DNA from: a virus | Reading direction: 5' to 3' (one strand) | Virus record (IMG/VR): IMGVR_UViG_3300007511_000004 | Coordinates: 64,001-128,000 of that record | Length of the DNA stretch: 64,000 nucleotides | Shown: positions 46,539 to 55,659 of the stretch, one piece after another | Layout: every line of letters begins with the position of its first letter | Position numbering within the stretch: the stretch's first letter is position 1 | Notes under the pieces: generated by a model | Told to the model about the DNA's origin: nothing | The model's input: only the letters and a program-made list of their open reading frames with translations | Database searches by the model: none | Made by a program: the position numbers and the translations under genes

Positions 46539-47142
46539 TGACTATGTGATTCCTTTAAGTTACCCTGAATGGGATCAGGAAAAACTTATTCAAGGATTTA
46601 AAAGAGATTATTCTGAACGAAATAGATTAACGTTCTATCCGTATTGGGCAGCTAATGAAGAACTGAAGCAAGTTGTTCCACCTAATGTTGTAGAGCATAT
46701 GCGGCCTAATCCCTTAATCGTTCATTATCATAGAGAACGACCGACTAAAATGTTCGTTCCTATTCATATAGATGGGAAAGATAGCGATCCTGAAGCTAAT
46801 TTTAACGCTGCTATTAATATCCCGGTTATCGGATGCGATCATAAGTGCTTAACAAATTTTTGGTATGCTCCAGACGGATATCAATATGAAGAAAAGGCTC
46901 AAGCTAGAATATACCAATCAGGATTTCTAGAAAATGCAGTCGAATATTGTATGACAGATCAACCAATTCTATTCAACACAAAAGAGCTGCACTCAACTGC
47001 TAATTATAATACGTGGGAAAGAGAACGTTGTATTATATCTTGGAGATTTAATCGGTATGTCTCTTGGAACGATGCGAAAGATATGCTTCGTGAATTTCTT
47101 CAACCGGTTCCACAAATGACAGACTTAGCACAACTCGATTAG
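46489..47142 (+). CDS. Cupin/2OG-Fe(II) oxygenase-like protein
   Basis: PIHIDG, AAINIP, LFNTKELHS, RCIISWRF. Confidence 0.65.
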   Translation: METTLKLFKVHPKVSVDDYVIPLSYPEWDQEKLIQGFKRDYSERNRLTFYPYWAANEELKQVVPPNVVEHMRPNPLIVHYHRERPTKMFVPIHIDGKDSDPEANFNAAINIPVIGCDHKCLTNFWYAPDGYQYEEKAQARIYQSGFLENAVEYCMTDQPILFNTKELHSTANYNTWERERCIISWRFNRYVSWNDAKDMLREFLQPVPQMTDLAQLD

Positions 47143-47551
47143 TATCACATAAGATATGATCTACCCGATGGGGGATATCAACTCTCCAACATTTAGGCGA
47201 GTTCAAGTCTAAAGATTCTACTGGTACTTCATCTTCCATATATTGGAATTTAGAATCGGGATGTACTTGGATTGGGATATTGATTGCTGAAATGCGCTGC
47301 TTAATACCATTTTTTTCTGCAACATCATCGATATGGGTTTTACAAGCCGTATTAGCCGGTACCATAATAATTGCAGCATAACTGGGCTTGACACCTATCT
47401 GATCAGTTAAATAAGAGATTCTTTCCATCTCTTCGTCATTTAACTTGTATGGTCTTATGGTCCAATTTGGTTCGGTTATATTGTTGCCGATATTAAAAGC
47501 CCATTCAATATCTTCGAGTCTAAGATTCACATCTACATCAAACCATTTCAT
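47048..47551 (-). CDS. Cupin/2OG-Fe(II) oxygenase-like protein
   Basis: KTHIDD, AINIPI, VDIPHRV, RVVLSLSF. Confidence 0.65.
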   Translation of the reverse strand: MKWFDVDVNLRLEDIEWAFNIGNNITEPNWTIRPYKLNDEEMERISYLTDQIGVKPSYAAIIMVPANTACKTHIDDVAEKNGIKQRISAINIPIQVHPDSKFQYMEDEVPVESLDLNSPKCWRVDIPHRVDHILCDTNRVVLSLSFVEPVEEIHEAYLSHRSKRHTD

Positions 47552-47942
47552 CTGTTATCCCCACAATATGATATCTCAAAAAATCGGATCTGTTACCGTT
47601 CAAAGCTGTATGTTTTTTTCTCGTATCAACATAATAGGCATTACCAGCCGGCAGCTGATAAACTTCATCTTCTAATACGAATAAACAACTTGAGTTGGTT
47701 ATAAGAGGAAAATGTATTCTTGGCGTAGTATCATGATGCCATGAATAACATTCTTTAGGCTTTAGACGCATAATCCTTGCCATACTTATATTATACTTTT
47801 TCAATAAAGAATTGGTATATGGCAAATCATATAAACAGAATGTGCCCTTTTGAATTAATACGTGTCCATCCTGGCCCATTAAATGTGAAACTTCACTTAG
47901 TATAAGGTCAGTGTCGATTGAATCAAGCGTCTGAAAATCCAT
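47538..47942 (-). CDS. Aspartyl/asparaginyl beta-hydroxylase-like oxygenase
   Basis: ARIMRL, YSWHHD, RIHFPL, DTRKKHTALN, RYHIV. Confidence 0.7.
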   Translation of the reverse strand: MDFQTLDSIDTDLILSEVSHLMGQDGHVLIQKGTFCLYDLPYTNSLLKKYNISMARIMRLKPKECYSWHHDTTPRIHFPLITNSSCLFVLEDEVYQLPAGNAYYVDTRKKHTALNGNRSDFLRYHIVGITDEMV

Positions 47943-48231
47943 AAGTCACCGAGCTAACATGATCTAGACTTTCTATCAGAGATTTAATTTCAGATTCCGA
48001 TGAGATATCAAGCAATTTTTGAAAGCGAGAGTCTGACCATAATCTAGAAACGTATAAAGTTAATCCGTCTTCAGAAAGAGTAGCGGTTTCTTCTGTAATA
48101 TCTCCAATAAGAATCCCCGCCACAGTTATCTCTCGAAGTTCACCGAAAGTGTGACCAATCGAATACATTGCTGAAAGCGGATCCTCTTGCTTGTGCACGA
48201 AAATGATTTCATATTGTTGTAATTTAGGCAT
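47923..48231 (-). CDS. Hypothetical protein
   Basis: GAGGT RBS on the minus strand; head of the minus-strand operon. Confidence 0.6.
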   Translation of the reverse strand: MPKLQQYEIIFVHKQEDPLSAMYSIGHTFGELREITVAGILIGDITEETATLSEDGLTLYVSRLWSDSRFQKLLDISSESEIKSLIESLDHVSSVTYGFSDA

Positions 48232-48306
48232 TTTTTACCTCTGGTGTTACAGTAAGTTCTTTTACTATATATGTTATTATATATGGTTGTTTTAATACCA
48301 CTCTAT

Positions 48307-48387
48307 TCACTCTATAACTAAAAATGGAATAGGAATTTTAGGCCGTTCTGCATAAACCTTTTTACCAACAATACCATTCGCTGCCAA
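48307..48387 (-). pseudogene. Probable 3' remnant of a gene cut at the island boundary
   Basis: LAANGIVGKKVYAERPKIPIPFLVIE* begins exactly at the 52-bp repeat edge, with no RBS. Confidence 0.35.
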
Positions 48388-48438
48388 TTATTCTAAACCT
48401 TGGGAAAAAGAAGCATATAAATTCGAAAAAAATGTAAA
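48387..48438. repeat. 52-bp exact direct repeat, right island boundary
   Basis: Identical to 43025-43076. Confidence 0.95.
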
Positions 48439-48440
48439 TA

Positions 48441-48474
48441 GGGGGTTTACAAATGAGTCGAAAAGGTTTATATT
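48441..48474 (+). promoter_or_regulatory. Early promoter (near-identical to 50749-50782)
   Basis: A-tract UP element, GGGGGTTTACA-17 nt-TATATT. Confidence 0.8.
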
Positions 48475-48499
48475 AGTAGGGTAACCGAGGAGATATACG

Positions 48500-48886
48500 A
48501 TGTTCGATATTATCAGTGATCTACATAAAGACGCTCGCGGGTTTCGGCCTACCAATGATTGGATGGAAATGTTCGATAAGGTTTCCTCCTCCGAGCAAGA
48601 GAAGATCTTCGATGATCTTATCGAAGAGTTAAAAGAAGCCGAAGAAGATGCCCGCAGAGCCGAGCAACAAGCGATTTACGATTTCGATGATCATCTTGCT
48701 GCAGTTCGTCGCGAAGGCGCGCCAGACCGCGCTACTGCTCTTCGTTGGATGACTCAGCTCTATACGTTCTGTCATGAACAAGACGTAGAACACTTTGTTT
48801 GGGAATGGGGGTTCTTATTCACCGATGAAGGCCGTGCTCTAGTGAAAGAGCTTATGGATATCGTAGAAATGGAGGATATACAATGA
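48500..48886 (+). CDS. Hypothetical early protein
   Basis: GAGGAG RBS; ISDLHKDARGFRP. Confidence 0.75.
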   Translation: MFDIISDLHKDARGFRPTNDWMEMFDKVSSSEQEKIFDDLIEELKEAEEDARRAEQQAIYDFDDHLAAVRREGAPDRATALRWMTQLYTFCHEQDVEHFVWEWGFLFTDEGRALVKELMDIVEMEDIQ

Positions 48887-49179
48887 ATATCATGAAAGGC
48901 GATTCCGACCTAATTGAAGATGATGGCTTTATAACCATTTACCCTAAAGAATTCCAACGGGGTATAATCCCACTTAGTTCTTCAGAAATACCCGAACACG
49001 GGTCACCACAAGATCGCGGTAGTGCTGATGCATACTATAGTCGGCGTTTCGACCCACACTATTATCCACGAGGAACTGGTGTTGGAGAAAGAATCCCGAT
49101 GACTAAGATGACTGCAGATGAAATTGCCCAGTATAGCTATGGGTTCAGAAACGAGGACAATCGAAAAGATTGGAATTAA
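48883..49179 (+). CDS. Hypothetical early protein
   Basis: GGAGG RBS; HGSPQDRGSADAYYSR. Confidence 0.7.
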   Translation: MNIMKGDSDLIEDDGFITIYPKEFQRGIIPLSSSEIPEHGSPQDRGSADAYYSRRFDPHYYPRGTGVGERIPMTKMTADEIAQYSYGFRNEDNRKDWN

Positions 49180-49198
49180 TTCGAAAAAAATGTAAAAA

Positions 49199-49232
49199 GG
49201 GGGTTTACAAACGATTCGTAATAGCTTATATT
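49199..49232 (+). promoter_or_regulatory. Early promoter
   Basis: A-tract, GGGGGTTTACA-17 nt-TATATT. Confidence 0.8.
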
Positions 49233-49258
49233 AGTAGTATCAACAAAGGAGATACCCA

Positions 49259-49396
49259 ATGGTTAAAGAATTCCTCGTTTTCACCACTTCCGGCGACATG
49301 ATCGTTACTGCTGCAAAAACCAAAGAGGCAGCTATCGCACAGGTTCAGAAAGAGCTTCGTGCTGGTGAATCCATCGAATCTGTTGACCGTCTCTAA
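49259..49396 (+). CDS. 45-aa hypothetical early protein
   Basis: AAGGAG RBS; MVKEFLVFTTSGDMIVTAAKTKEAAIAQVQKELRAGESIESVDRL*. Confidence 0.7.
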   Translation: MVKEFLVFTTSGDMIVTAAKTKEAAIAQVQKELRAGESIESVDRL

Positions 49397-49419
49397 TCTA
49401 AATCCCAGGAGAATATATT

Positions 49420-49730
49420 ATGGCGCTTACAACTGATCAAATGGCTCAAGTACAACTTCTTTTTGCTGATGCCGATAGCAATGATCTTGACAAAATCGCT
49501 AATATGTTCAATGCCGCTCGCCGATCGGCTGAAAACTCAATTAAAAATGAGTTTTCTGTAGGTCAAAAGGTTACTTGGGTTTCCACCCGAATCCAGCGTC
49601 CAATGGCTGGTACAATTACTAAAATTAATCGTAGGCAATGGGCGAGGGGATCGCGCGCGAAAATATTGTCGTAAATACTGGTGATGCTGGTACGTGGAAC
49701 GTTCCTCCATCACTTTTACAAACTGCTTAA
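49420..49730 (+). pseudogene. Small SH3-like early gene apparently frameshifted by a 26-nt insertion
   Basis: Removing 49634-49659 gives GTITKINRKNIVVNTGDAGTWNVPPSLLQTA*, ending at the next RBS. Confidence 0.6.
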
Positions 49731-49742
49731 GGAGAATATATT

Positions 49743-50699
49743 ATGGCCCATATGGTTGAAACTATGGCATACGCTGGCGAAACACCTTGGCATGGTCTCG
49801 GTGAAGAGGTCTCCAATGAACTTACGCCGGTCCAAATGATGAAAAAAGCCGGAGTGGATTGGCGCGTCAACGCAGTCGAATCATTTGTAGAATACGATGG
49901 CGAAAAGATTCCGACGGGACAAAAGTCGCTTATTCGTTCCACTGATGGTCGTATCCTCACAAACATCGGGGAAAATTGGAACCCAGTTCAAAACGAAACT
50001 GCCTTCGAATTCTTTTCAGAATTTGTAATGGCGGGTGACATGGAGATGCACACCGCTGGATCACTTCGCGATGGTGAATACGTTTGGGCGTTGGCGAAGG
50101 TGAATGATTGGTTTGACGTATTCGGCGGTGACCGAGTCGATTCTTATCTACTTTTTTCTAACCCCCACAAATATGGGAAGTCGATCGACGTTCGCTTTAC
50201 ACCAATTCGGGTCGTTTGCAACAACACTCTTACGTTCTCTTTGAGCCAAGGGACCAAGAACGGGGTACGTCTATCACACCGGACAGAGTTCGATCCGGAT
50301 ATGGTAAAAGAAACCTTGGGCCTCGCTCACGAGAAATTTGCTATGTATAAGGAAATGGCAGAATTCATTGGATCGCGTCCGGTTACTGCCGAAGCGCTTA
50401 TTCAATACTATAACGAAGTGTTTCCTAATACATCTCGTACCGAACAACCTAAGGACGTTAAAAGTTACGGCGATCTTTCTCGAAACGCAAAGCTTTGCTA
50501 TGATGCACTAGAGGTTCAACCCGGTGCGGAATATGCGGCTGGCACTTGGTGGAGCGCATTCAATAGCGTAACCTATGTTACGGACCACGTACAAGGTCGC
50601 AATAAAGATAACCGATTGCAATCGCAGTGGTTTGGTCAAAACGCGGCTCGGAAGGTCACAGCGGCAGAAAAGGCAGTGCAATACGCTACTCTCGCTTAA
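49743..50699 (+). CDS. DUF932 family protein
   Basis: MAYAGETPWHGLG, TAGSLRDG, TPIRVVCNNTL, GTWWSAFNSVT. Confidence 0.88.
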   Translation: MAHMVETMAYAGETPWHGLGEEVSNELTPVQMMKKAGVDWRVNAVESFVEYDGEKIPTGQKSLIRSTDGRILTNIGENWNPVQNETAFEFFSEFVMAGDMEMHTAGSLRDGEYVWALAKVNDWFDVFGGDRVDSYLLFSNPHKYGKSIDVRFTPIRVVCNNTLTFSLSQGTKNGVRLSHRTEFDPDMVKETLGLAHEKFAMYKEMAEFIGSRPVTAEALIQYYNEVFPNTSRTEQPKDVKSYGDLSRNAKLCYDALEVQPGAEYAAGTWWSAFNSVTYVTDHVQGRNKDNRLQSQWFGQNAARKVTAAEKAVQYATLA

Positions 50700-50748
50700 T
50701 TACCAATCACGTAAACCCCCACGAAAAAAATCGAAAAAAGTTGATTTA

Positions 50749-50782
50749 GGGGGTTTACAAATGAGTCGAAAAGGCTTATATT
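50749..50782 (+). promoter_or_regulatory. Early promoter preceded by an inverted -35 copy (50711-50720)
   Basis: GTAAACCCCC...GGGGGTTTACA-17 nt-TATATT. Confidence 0.8.
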
Positions 50783-50808
50783 AGTAGTGTAACCAAGGAG
50801 ATACTGAT

Positions 50809-51060
50809 ATGATCATCAACGAAAACCGTACTGATTCTTATATGGGCACCGTGGACCTTTCGAACGCTGATGATATGAACATGGTGACTATTGCTCGTAA
50901 ACTGGTTAAGGAAGCAAATGTTAAGCTCCGTGAATCCGGTAAACGTCAGATGTATGTCAAACTTCAAGGTCGTGGTCACCGTCAAGGCGTACGGCGCTAT
51001 AATCAATCTCTGCCGCTGAAATACGCTACATCAGCAGACGTTTACATTTATAACCGTTAA
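50809..51060 (+). CDS. Hypothetical early protein
   Basis: AAGGAG RBS; YVKLQGRG...ADVYIY. Confidence 0.7.
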   Translation: MIINENRTDSYMGTVDLSNADDMNMVTIARKLVKEANVKLRESGKRQMYVKLQGRGHRQGVRRYNQSLPLKYATSADVYIYNR

Positions 51061-51065
51061 TCTTT

Positions 51066-51097
51066 AACCCGGGGGTTTACAAACTCTCGGGTTTTTT
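51066..51097 (+). terminator. Intrinsic terminator containing a GGGGGTTTACA element
   Basis: AACCCGGGGGTTT-AC-AAACTCTCGGGTT followed by a T tract. Confidence 0.75.
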
Positions 51098-51151
51098 GTA
51101 TCCTAAAAATATCATAAATAAAGGAGAACAGTTATAGTTATGGATGGAACT

Positions 51152-52504
51152 ATGCCAGTAGCAATGACCCCCGCCCAATGGAATAAGCCGAACTCTCAAA
51201 CCAAGGAGCATCGGTTAGATATTTTGGTAAAGGCCATTAAAGCCGGCACCAAGTTGGTTACGGTTGATAATAAAGAGATAGTTGTTAAAAATGATAAGAA
51301 CAACCTCCGAGCAATTGAGATGTTCAAAAAAGATAATAAACCATTTGATCTGCTCCTAAAATCTGGCCGGAAAATTAGTTCTTCCCAGATTGGTAAGTCG
51401 GCGGTTTTCGGTGGAGGAGGAGCTGGTAAAGGTGGTGGAACCCTTCAAACCGCCCTCGCTGAAAGTTTACAATGTTTATATTGTGCTGCAGTAATGGGTG
51501 AACCAGTAAATAAGCCAATTTCGCACTTTACCCCATCGATACTTAAAAAACATGCAGGAAAAGCCAATTTGGGTGGTACTACTTTTAATGCAGCGATAGA
51601 ATTGGATGAGACCTGGCATCTATCGGCATATTGGACTGCGGCATTAACACGTAGGGAGGGTTATATTAAATCGAATCACACGTATCACCGGGATGATGCC
51701 CAGATGAAGAAGATATATAAAGCGAAATCAGCCGCCTTTAAAAATTCTGGTATGCTAGTGCTTTCGGACGATAAATGGAATCCGGGGGATATTTGGGCAA
51801 TAGATAGATCAGCCGTTCTTGATAAGGTCCTTGACGATACTACCATTACGAATTTAAATACTAAATTGAAAGAAGAGTTTGATAAACGAAAAATCGTTGG
51901 CATCTCACTCAAGAAAGTGGTGGATGAAAAGCGGATACGCTCCTCGGTGTTAAACGACGGTAAAAGGCCGCTTGATAAACATAAGTTGACGTCTGCATCT
52001 TTAATGGCAGATAACATCAGCACCGCTACTTTTTTTCGGTCAAAAGGTGCTACCCTGCTCGTTGACCAAAATATTAAGATCGGCTTCAGAACTCCGAGCT
52101 ACCTGGGACCATTAAACGCAGAAATTGAGCTTGCCACTGCTCGCGGCGGGCGGGCTGGATTCACGCAAATCATCGATGCCGCAAATCGTTATATGCGATA
52201 TTCTATCCCGGACAATAATGCTTTGAAACAGGAAGCTAAAAAGATTATGGACGGTGATGAAGATACCATTAAGGCGTTCTCTAAAATGGCGACCTTCTGT
52301 GCTAACGTAACTGATATCGATTTTCGAACTGAATTAAAAGCCCAGGATATAGATCGAATTCATAGCAAGCTGGGGTCTACCTATGTAGTTTACGGCCTTA
52401 AGAAGGCAAATAAAAATAAGGCGGATGAGTTTGTGTCATATATTATGAATTACGCAGGATCCAAATTAGAAGAATCATCCGTATACGTAAAAGTTTATCA
52501 ATAG
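51152..52504 (+). CDS. Hypothetical protein, PD-(D/E)XK nuclease-like
   Basis: TALAES, DKWNPGDIW, IVGISLKK; CATAAATA late-like promoter upstream. Confidence 0.55.
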   Translation: MPVAMTPAQWNKPNSQTKEHRLDILVKAIKAGTKLVTVDNKEIVVKNDKNNLRAIEMFKKDNKPFDLLLKSGRKISSSQIGKSAVFGGGGAGKGGGTLQTALAESLQCLYCAAVMGEPVNKPISHFTPSILKKHAGKANLGGTTFNAAIELDETWHLSAYWTAALTRREGYIKSNHTYHRDDAQMKKIYKAKSAAFKNSGMLVLSDDKWNPGDIWAIDRSAVLDKVLDDTTITNLNTKLKEEFDKRKIVGISLKKVVDEKRIRSSVLNDGKRPLDKHKLTSASLMADNISTATFFRSKGATLLVDQNIKIGFRTPSYLGPLNAEIELATARGGRAGFTQIIDAANRYMRYSIPDNNALKQEAKKIMDGDEDTIKAFSKMATFCANVTDIDFRTELKAQDIDRIHSKLGSTYVVYGLKKANKNKADEFVSYIMNYAGSKLEESSVYVKVYQ

Positions 52505-52553
52505 GAGAAATTAATGTCTCAGTATAGTATACAGAATACAGATGGAACCGATT

Positions 52554-53792
52554 ATGCAAGACTTTAATGCGTTTTTAACAGAACAAAAAAATACCCATAT
52601 GCGGCATATTGAAGATTCTGTCATCTACGGTGGGGTTAAGGGTACCCGGCAAGCCATCTTTGCCCTTAGAGATTTAAGAGATATGCTAGCCGGGCACGAT
52701 GGTAAGGTTTCGGTTAAATGGGATGGCGCGCCCGCGATATTTGCGGGGACAGATCCTCGCGATGGAAAATTCTTCGTTGCGAAGAAGGGGATTTTTAATA
52801 AAGAACCCAAAGTATATAAGACCCCCGCAGACGTTGATGCTGATACCTCGGGAGATCTTTCTATAAAATTAAAACAGGCACTTCAATACCTACCAGAATT
52901 AGGTATTAAAGGCATTATACAGGGGGACTTTTTATTCGGTCCCGGCGATATTTCCAATGAGCTTATCCATGGGCAGAAATATATTACTTTCCATCCTAAT
53001 ACTATCATTTATGCTATTCCTAGTAGTTCGGCTACCGCAAAAACGATACGAAGATCCAAAATCGGGATCGTATGGCATACTACCTATGCCTTCTCCGGTG
53101 GAAGTAACGATTTTGCCTCCCTACGAGCCAGTTACGGAGTAAACGTATCTAAGTTCAAGAAGTCAGCCAACGTCTGGTCTCAGGATGCAATGCTAAGGGA
53201 TCTGACTAAATACTCCATGTCGAAAAGAGATACTCAGGAGGTAAATAATTACCTCACACAAGCGGGTAAGATATTCAATCAGATTGCCGGCACTACTCTT
53301 CGGGAATTGGAGAATAATCAACAGCTTGCTCAACACATTGAGACTTTTAATAACTCGTTTGTTCGTGAAGGTCAAGTTATCACTAATACTACTGCTCACG
53401 TTAATAAGCTTATTAAGTGGATCAAAGCTCGTTATCAAAAAGAAATAGATAAGCGTAAGACTGAAAAGGGCAAATCCGTTCAGATCCAGAAACTCAATGA
53501 TCTATTGAAATTTTTCTCTGAATCTAATAAAAAATCGCTAAAAAGCATATTCGATTTACAGAAAGTAATCGTTTTAGCGAAATTAAAACTTATAAATACT
53601 TTGAATAAATTGAATAACGTGGATACCTTCGTTAAGACTAAGGATGGCTATAAAGTTACTGGACATGAGGGCTTTGTAGCAATCGATAAATTAGGTGGTG
53701 ATGCTGTTAAGATTGTTGATAGATTAGAATTCTCATACAACAACTTCAGCAAAGATGTACTAAAAGGATGGGATAAACCGGGAAGAAAATAA
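52554..53792 (+). CDS. Conserved T4-like protein with ligase/nucleotidyltransferase motifs
   Basis: SVKWDG (motif I KxDG), IQGDFLF, HEGFV, AVKIV. Confidence 0.6.
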   Translation: MQDFNAFLTEQKNTHMRHIEDSVIYGGVKGTRQAIFALRDLRDMLAGHDGKVSVKWDGAPAIFAGTDPRDGKFFVAKKGIFNKEPKVYKTPADVDADTSGDLSIKLKQALQYLPELGIKGIIQGDFLFGPGDISNELIHGQKYITFHPNTIIYAIPSSSATAKTIRRSKIGIVWHTTYAFSGGSNDFASLRASYGVNVSKFKKSANVWSQDAMLRDLTKYSMSKRDTQEVNNYLTQAGKIFNQIAGTTLRELENNQQLAQHIETFNNSFVREGQVITNTTAHVNKLIKWIKARYQKEIDKRKTEKGKSVQIQKLNDLLKFFSESNKKSLKSIFDLQKVIVLAKLKLINTLNKLNNVDTFVKTKDGYKVTGHEGFVAIDKLGGDAVKIVDRLEFSYNNFSKDVLKGWDKPGRK

Positions 53793-54161
53793 ATGGATAA
53801 ATCTTTTAAAAATTTTCTAGAGAATTACGACGAGTGCATGGACGAGGCATTAAACCTTGGCCAGCGTCGGCGAAAAGCTATTCAGATGCGGAAGATGAAG
53901 GGTAAAATCGCTATCGGGCAACGTCGAGCCAAAATGAGGGTAGCCGATTCATCACGTCTTCAAAAGCGAGCAAGAAAACATGCTCGTACCTTCTTACTTA
54001 AAAAACTGACTAAGGGTAAGGGTAAAAAGGATCTCGATTACGCTCGGAGAGAGGCAATTGAGAAAAGACTAGATAAGATGAAGGGTAAGGTTGATCAGTT
54101 AGCCAAAAAGCTGCTACCCAAACTCCGTAGAGCTGAAATGACTAAAAGACAGAAAAAATGA
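53793..54161 (+). CDS. Basic hypothetical protein (probable head internal protein)
   Basis: SFKNFLE N-terminus, very Lys/Arg-rich. Confidence 0.65.
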   Translation: MDKSFKNFLENYDECMDEALNLGQRRRKAIQMRKMKGKIAIGQRRAKMRVADSSRLQKRARKHARTFLLKKLTKGKGKKDLDYARREAIEKRLDKMKGKVDQLAKKLLPKLRRAEMTKRQKK

Positions 54162-54997
54162 TCAATTCATTTAAAAATTTCCTGGTCGAGGAAGAAAAGA
54201 CCGTTTACTTCACGTTTGGGAGAATGAATCCCCCTACGATCGGACACGGTAAGCTGATGGATACATTATCCTCTAAGTCGGGTAATAACCCATATAGGAT
54301 CTTTTTATCCCAGTCTAGTGATCCTAAGAAAAATCCTTTGACCTATGTAGATAAGGTCAAATTCGTTAGAAAAATGTTCCCAAAACACGCTCGATCCGTT
54401 ATTTTGAATCGTAAAGTAAAGAACGTATTTGATATTGCGGTAATCCTCTACAATGAAGGCTATAAGAACGTAGTCATGGTCGTGGGTTCAGATCGTGTAA
54501 CTGAATTTAAAACCCTCCTTCAAAAATATAATGGTAAAGACGCTCGTCATGGCCATTATAACTTCAAAAAAATTATGGTAATATCTGCAGGCGATCGTGA
54601 CCCAGATGCCGAGGGCGTTTCAGGTATGTCAGCTTCTAAAATGCGCAACTTTGCGGCAGATAATGATTTTACCCAATTTGCCCAGGGGCTTCCTAAAAGA
54701 GTGTCTAATGCTGATGCCAAGACCTTATTTAATACTGTCCGGAAGGGGCTGGGACTCAAAGAAGAAACTAGTTTTAAGAAGCATGTTCAGTTATTCCCTG
54801 TATCAGAAACCCGCGAGGAATATGTATTGGGAAATATGTTTAATGTTGGCGACCAGGTCGTTATAAAAGAGTCTAGTGAGATCGTTGTTATTGCAAGCCG
54901 AGGTCCGAACTTCCTAGTATTGGAAACGACTGATGGTAAGAAATTGCGTAAGTGGTTAAATGATGTAGAATTACTAAACGGAGATAAAGATGACTGA
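54158..54997 (+). CDS. Cytidyltransferase-like (HIGH-family nucleotidyltransferase)
   Basis: FGRMNPPTIGH, KNPL, VVGSDR, GMSASKMR. Confidence 0.85.
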   Translation: MINSFKNFLVEEEKTVYFTFGRMNPPTIGHGKLMDTLSSKSGNNPYRIFLSQSSDPKKNPLTYVDKVKFVRKMFPKHARSVILNRKVKNVFDIAVILYNEGYKNVVMVVGSDRVTEFKTLLQKYNGKDARHGHYNFKKIMVISAGDRDPDAEGVSGMSASKMRNFAADNDFTQFAQGLPKRVSNADAKTLFNTVRKGLGLKEETSFKKHVQLFPVSETREEYVLGNMFNVGDQVVIKESSEIVVIASRGPNFLVLETTDGKKLRKWLNDVELLNGDKDD

Positions 54998-55367
54998 TGT
55001 AAAATCGGCCGATAAAAAAGCCCAGCTCTACACCGATCCCACAGGGAAAAGACGGATTCGCATGGTTCCCAGCGATTCGAAGGTTGTAGATCCAGCTAAA
55101 AAATCCAAACCCGCGGTGTCAGAATGCAACGAATCAGTAGATGTTAACCGAGTTAAGCAGCTCGGCGCTATCGGTCTGGTCAATAAAAAAGACGTCCAAC
55201 GGCTTATGATTATCATGAAAAAGTTAGACTCTGATAAAGAACTTAATATTCGGGAGAAGAACTTGGTCGTTAAGATGTTCCAACAACTCATTTCGGTAGT
55301 CACCGGTGACGTGTCAGTCTTTGCTAAAACTAAAAAAGCCGTCACTGGCTCGAAAGAGGAATCATAA
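54990..55367 (+). CDS. Hypothetical protein
   Basis: GGAG RBS, operonic overlap. Confidence 0.65.
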   Translation: MTDVKSADKKAQLYTDPTGKRRIRMVPSDSKVVDPAKKSKPAVSECNESVDVNRVKQLGAIGLVNKKDVQRLMIIMKKLDSDKELNIREKNLVVKMFQQLISVVTGDVSVFAKTKKAVTGSKEES

Positions 55368-55368
55368 T

Positions 55369-55650
55369 ATGACTTCGGAAGCACAGACCCGACTAGATCG
55401 GATTGAAGAGAAGATTGATCGTCTTTCAGAAGCATTGGTGGCTATTGCTAGAACTGAAGAAAAACTGGTCAGCATTGAACAAAAATATAGTTCTCAATAT
55501 GATCGTATGAACCGACTTTCGGAAAAGATCGATCAACTTGAGCAGACGGTAATTTTAAATTCTGAGACCGTATCGAATATCACAAAAATAAGTTGGGTAG
55601 TGGTTGTCGCTATTGTCGGTGCAATTATAACCCAGTTCTACAATTTTTAG
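55369..55650 (+). CDS. Coiled-coil protein with C-terminal TM helix (holin/XhlA-like candidate)
   Basis: RLDRIEEKIDRL...WVVVVAIVGAII. Confidence 0.5.
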   Translation: MTSEAQTRLDRIEEKIDRLSEALVAIARTEEKLVSIEQKYSSQYDRMNRLSEKIDQLEQTVILNSETVSNITKISWVVVVAIVGAIITQFYNF

Positions 55651-55659
55651 GAGTAAAAA

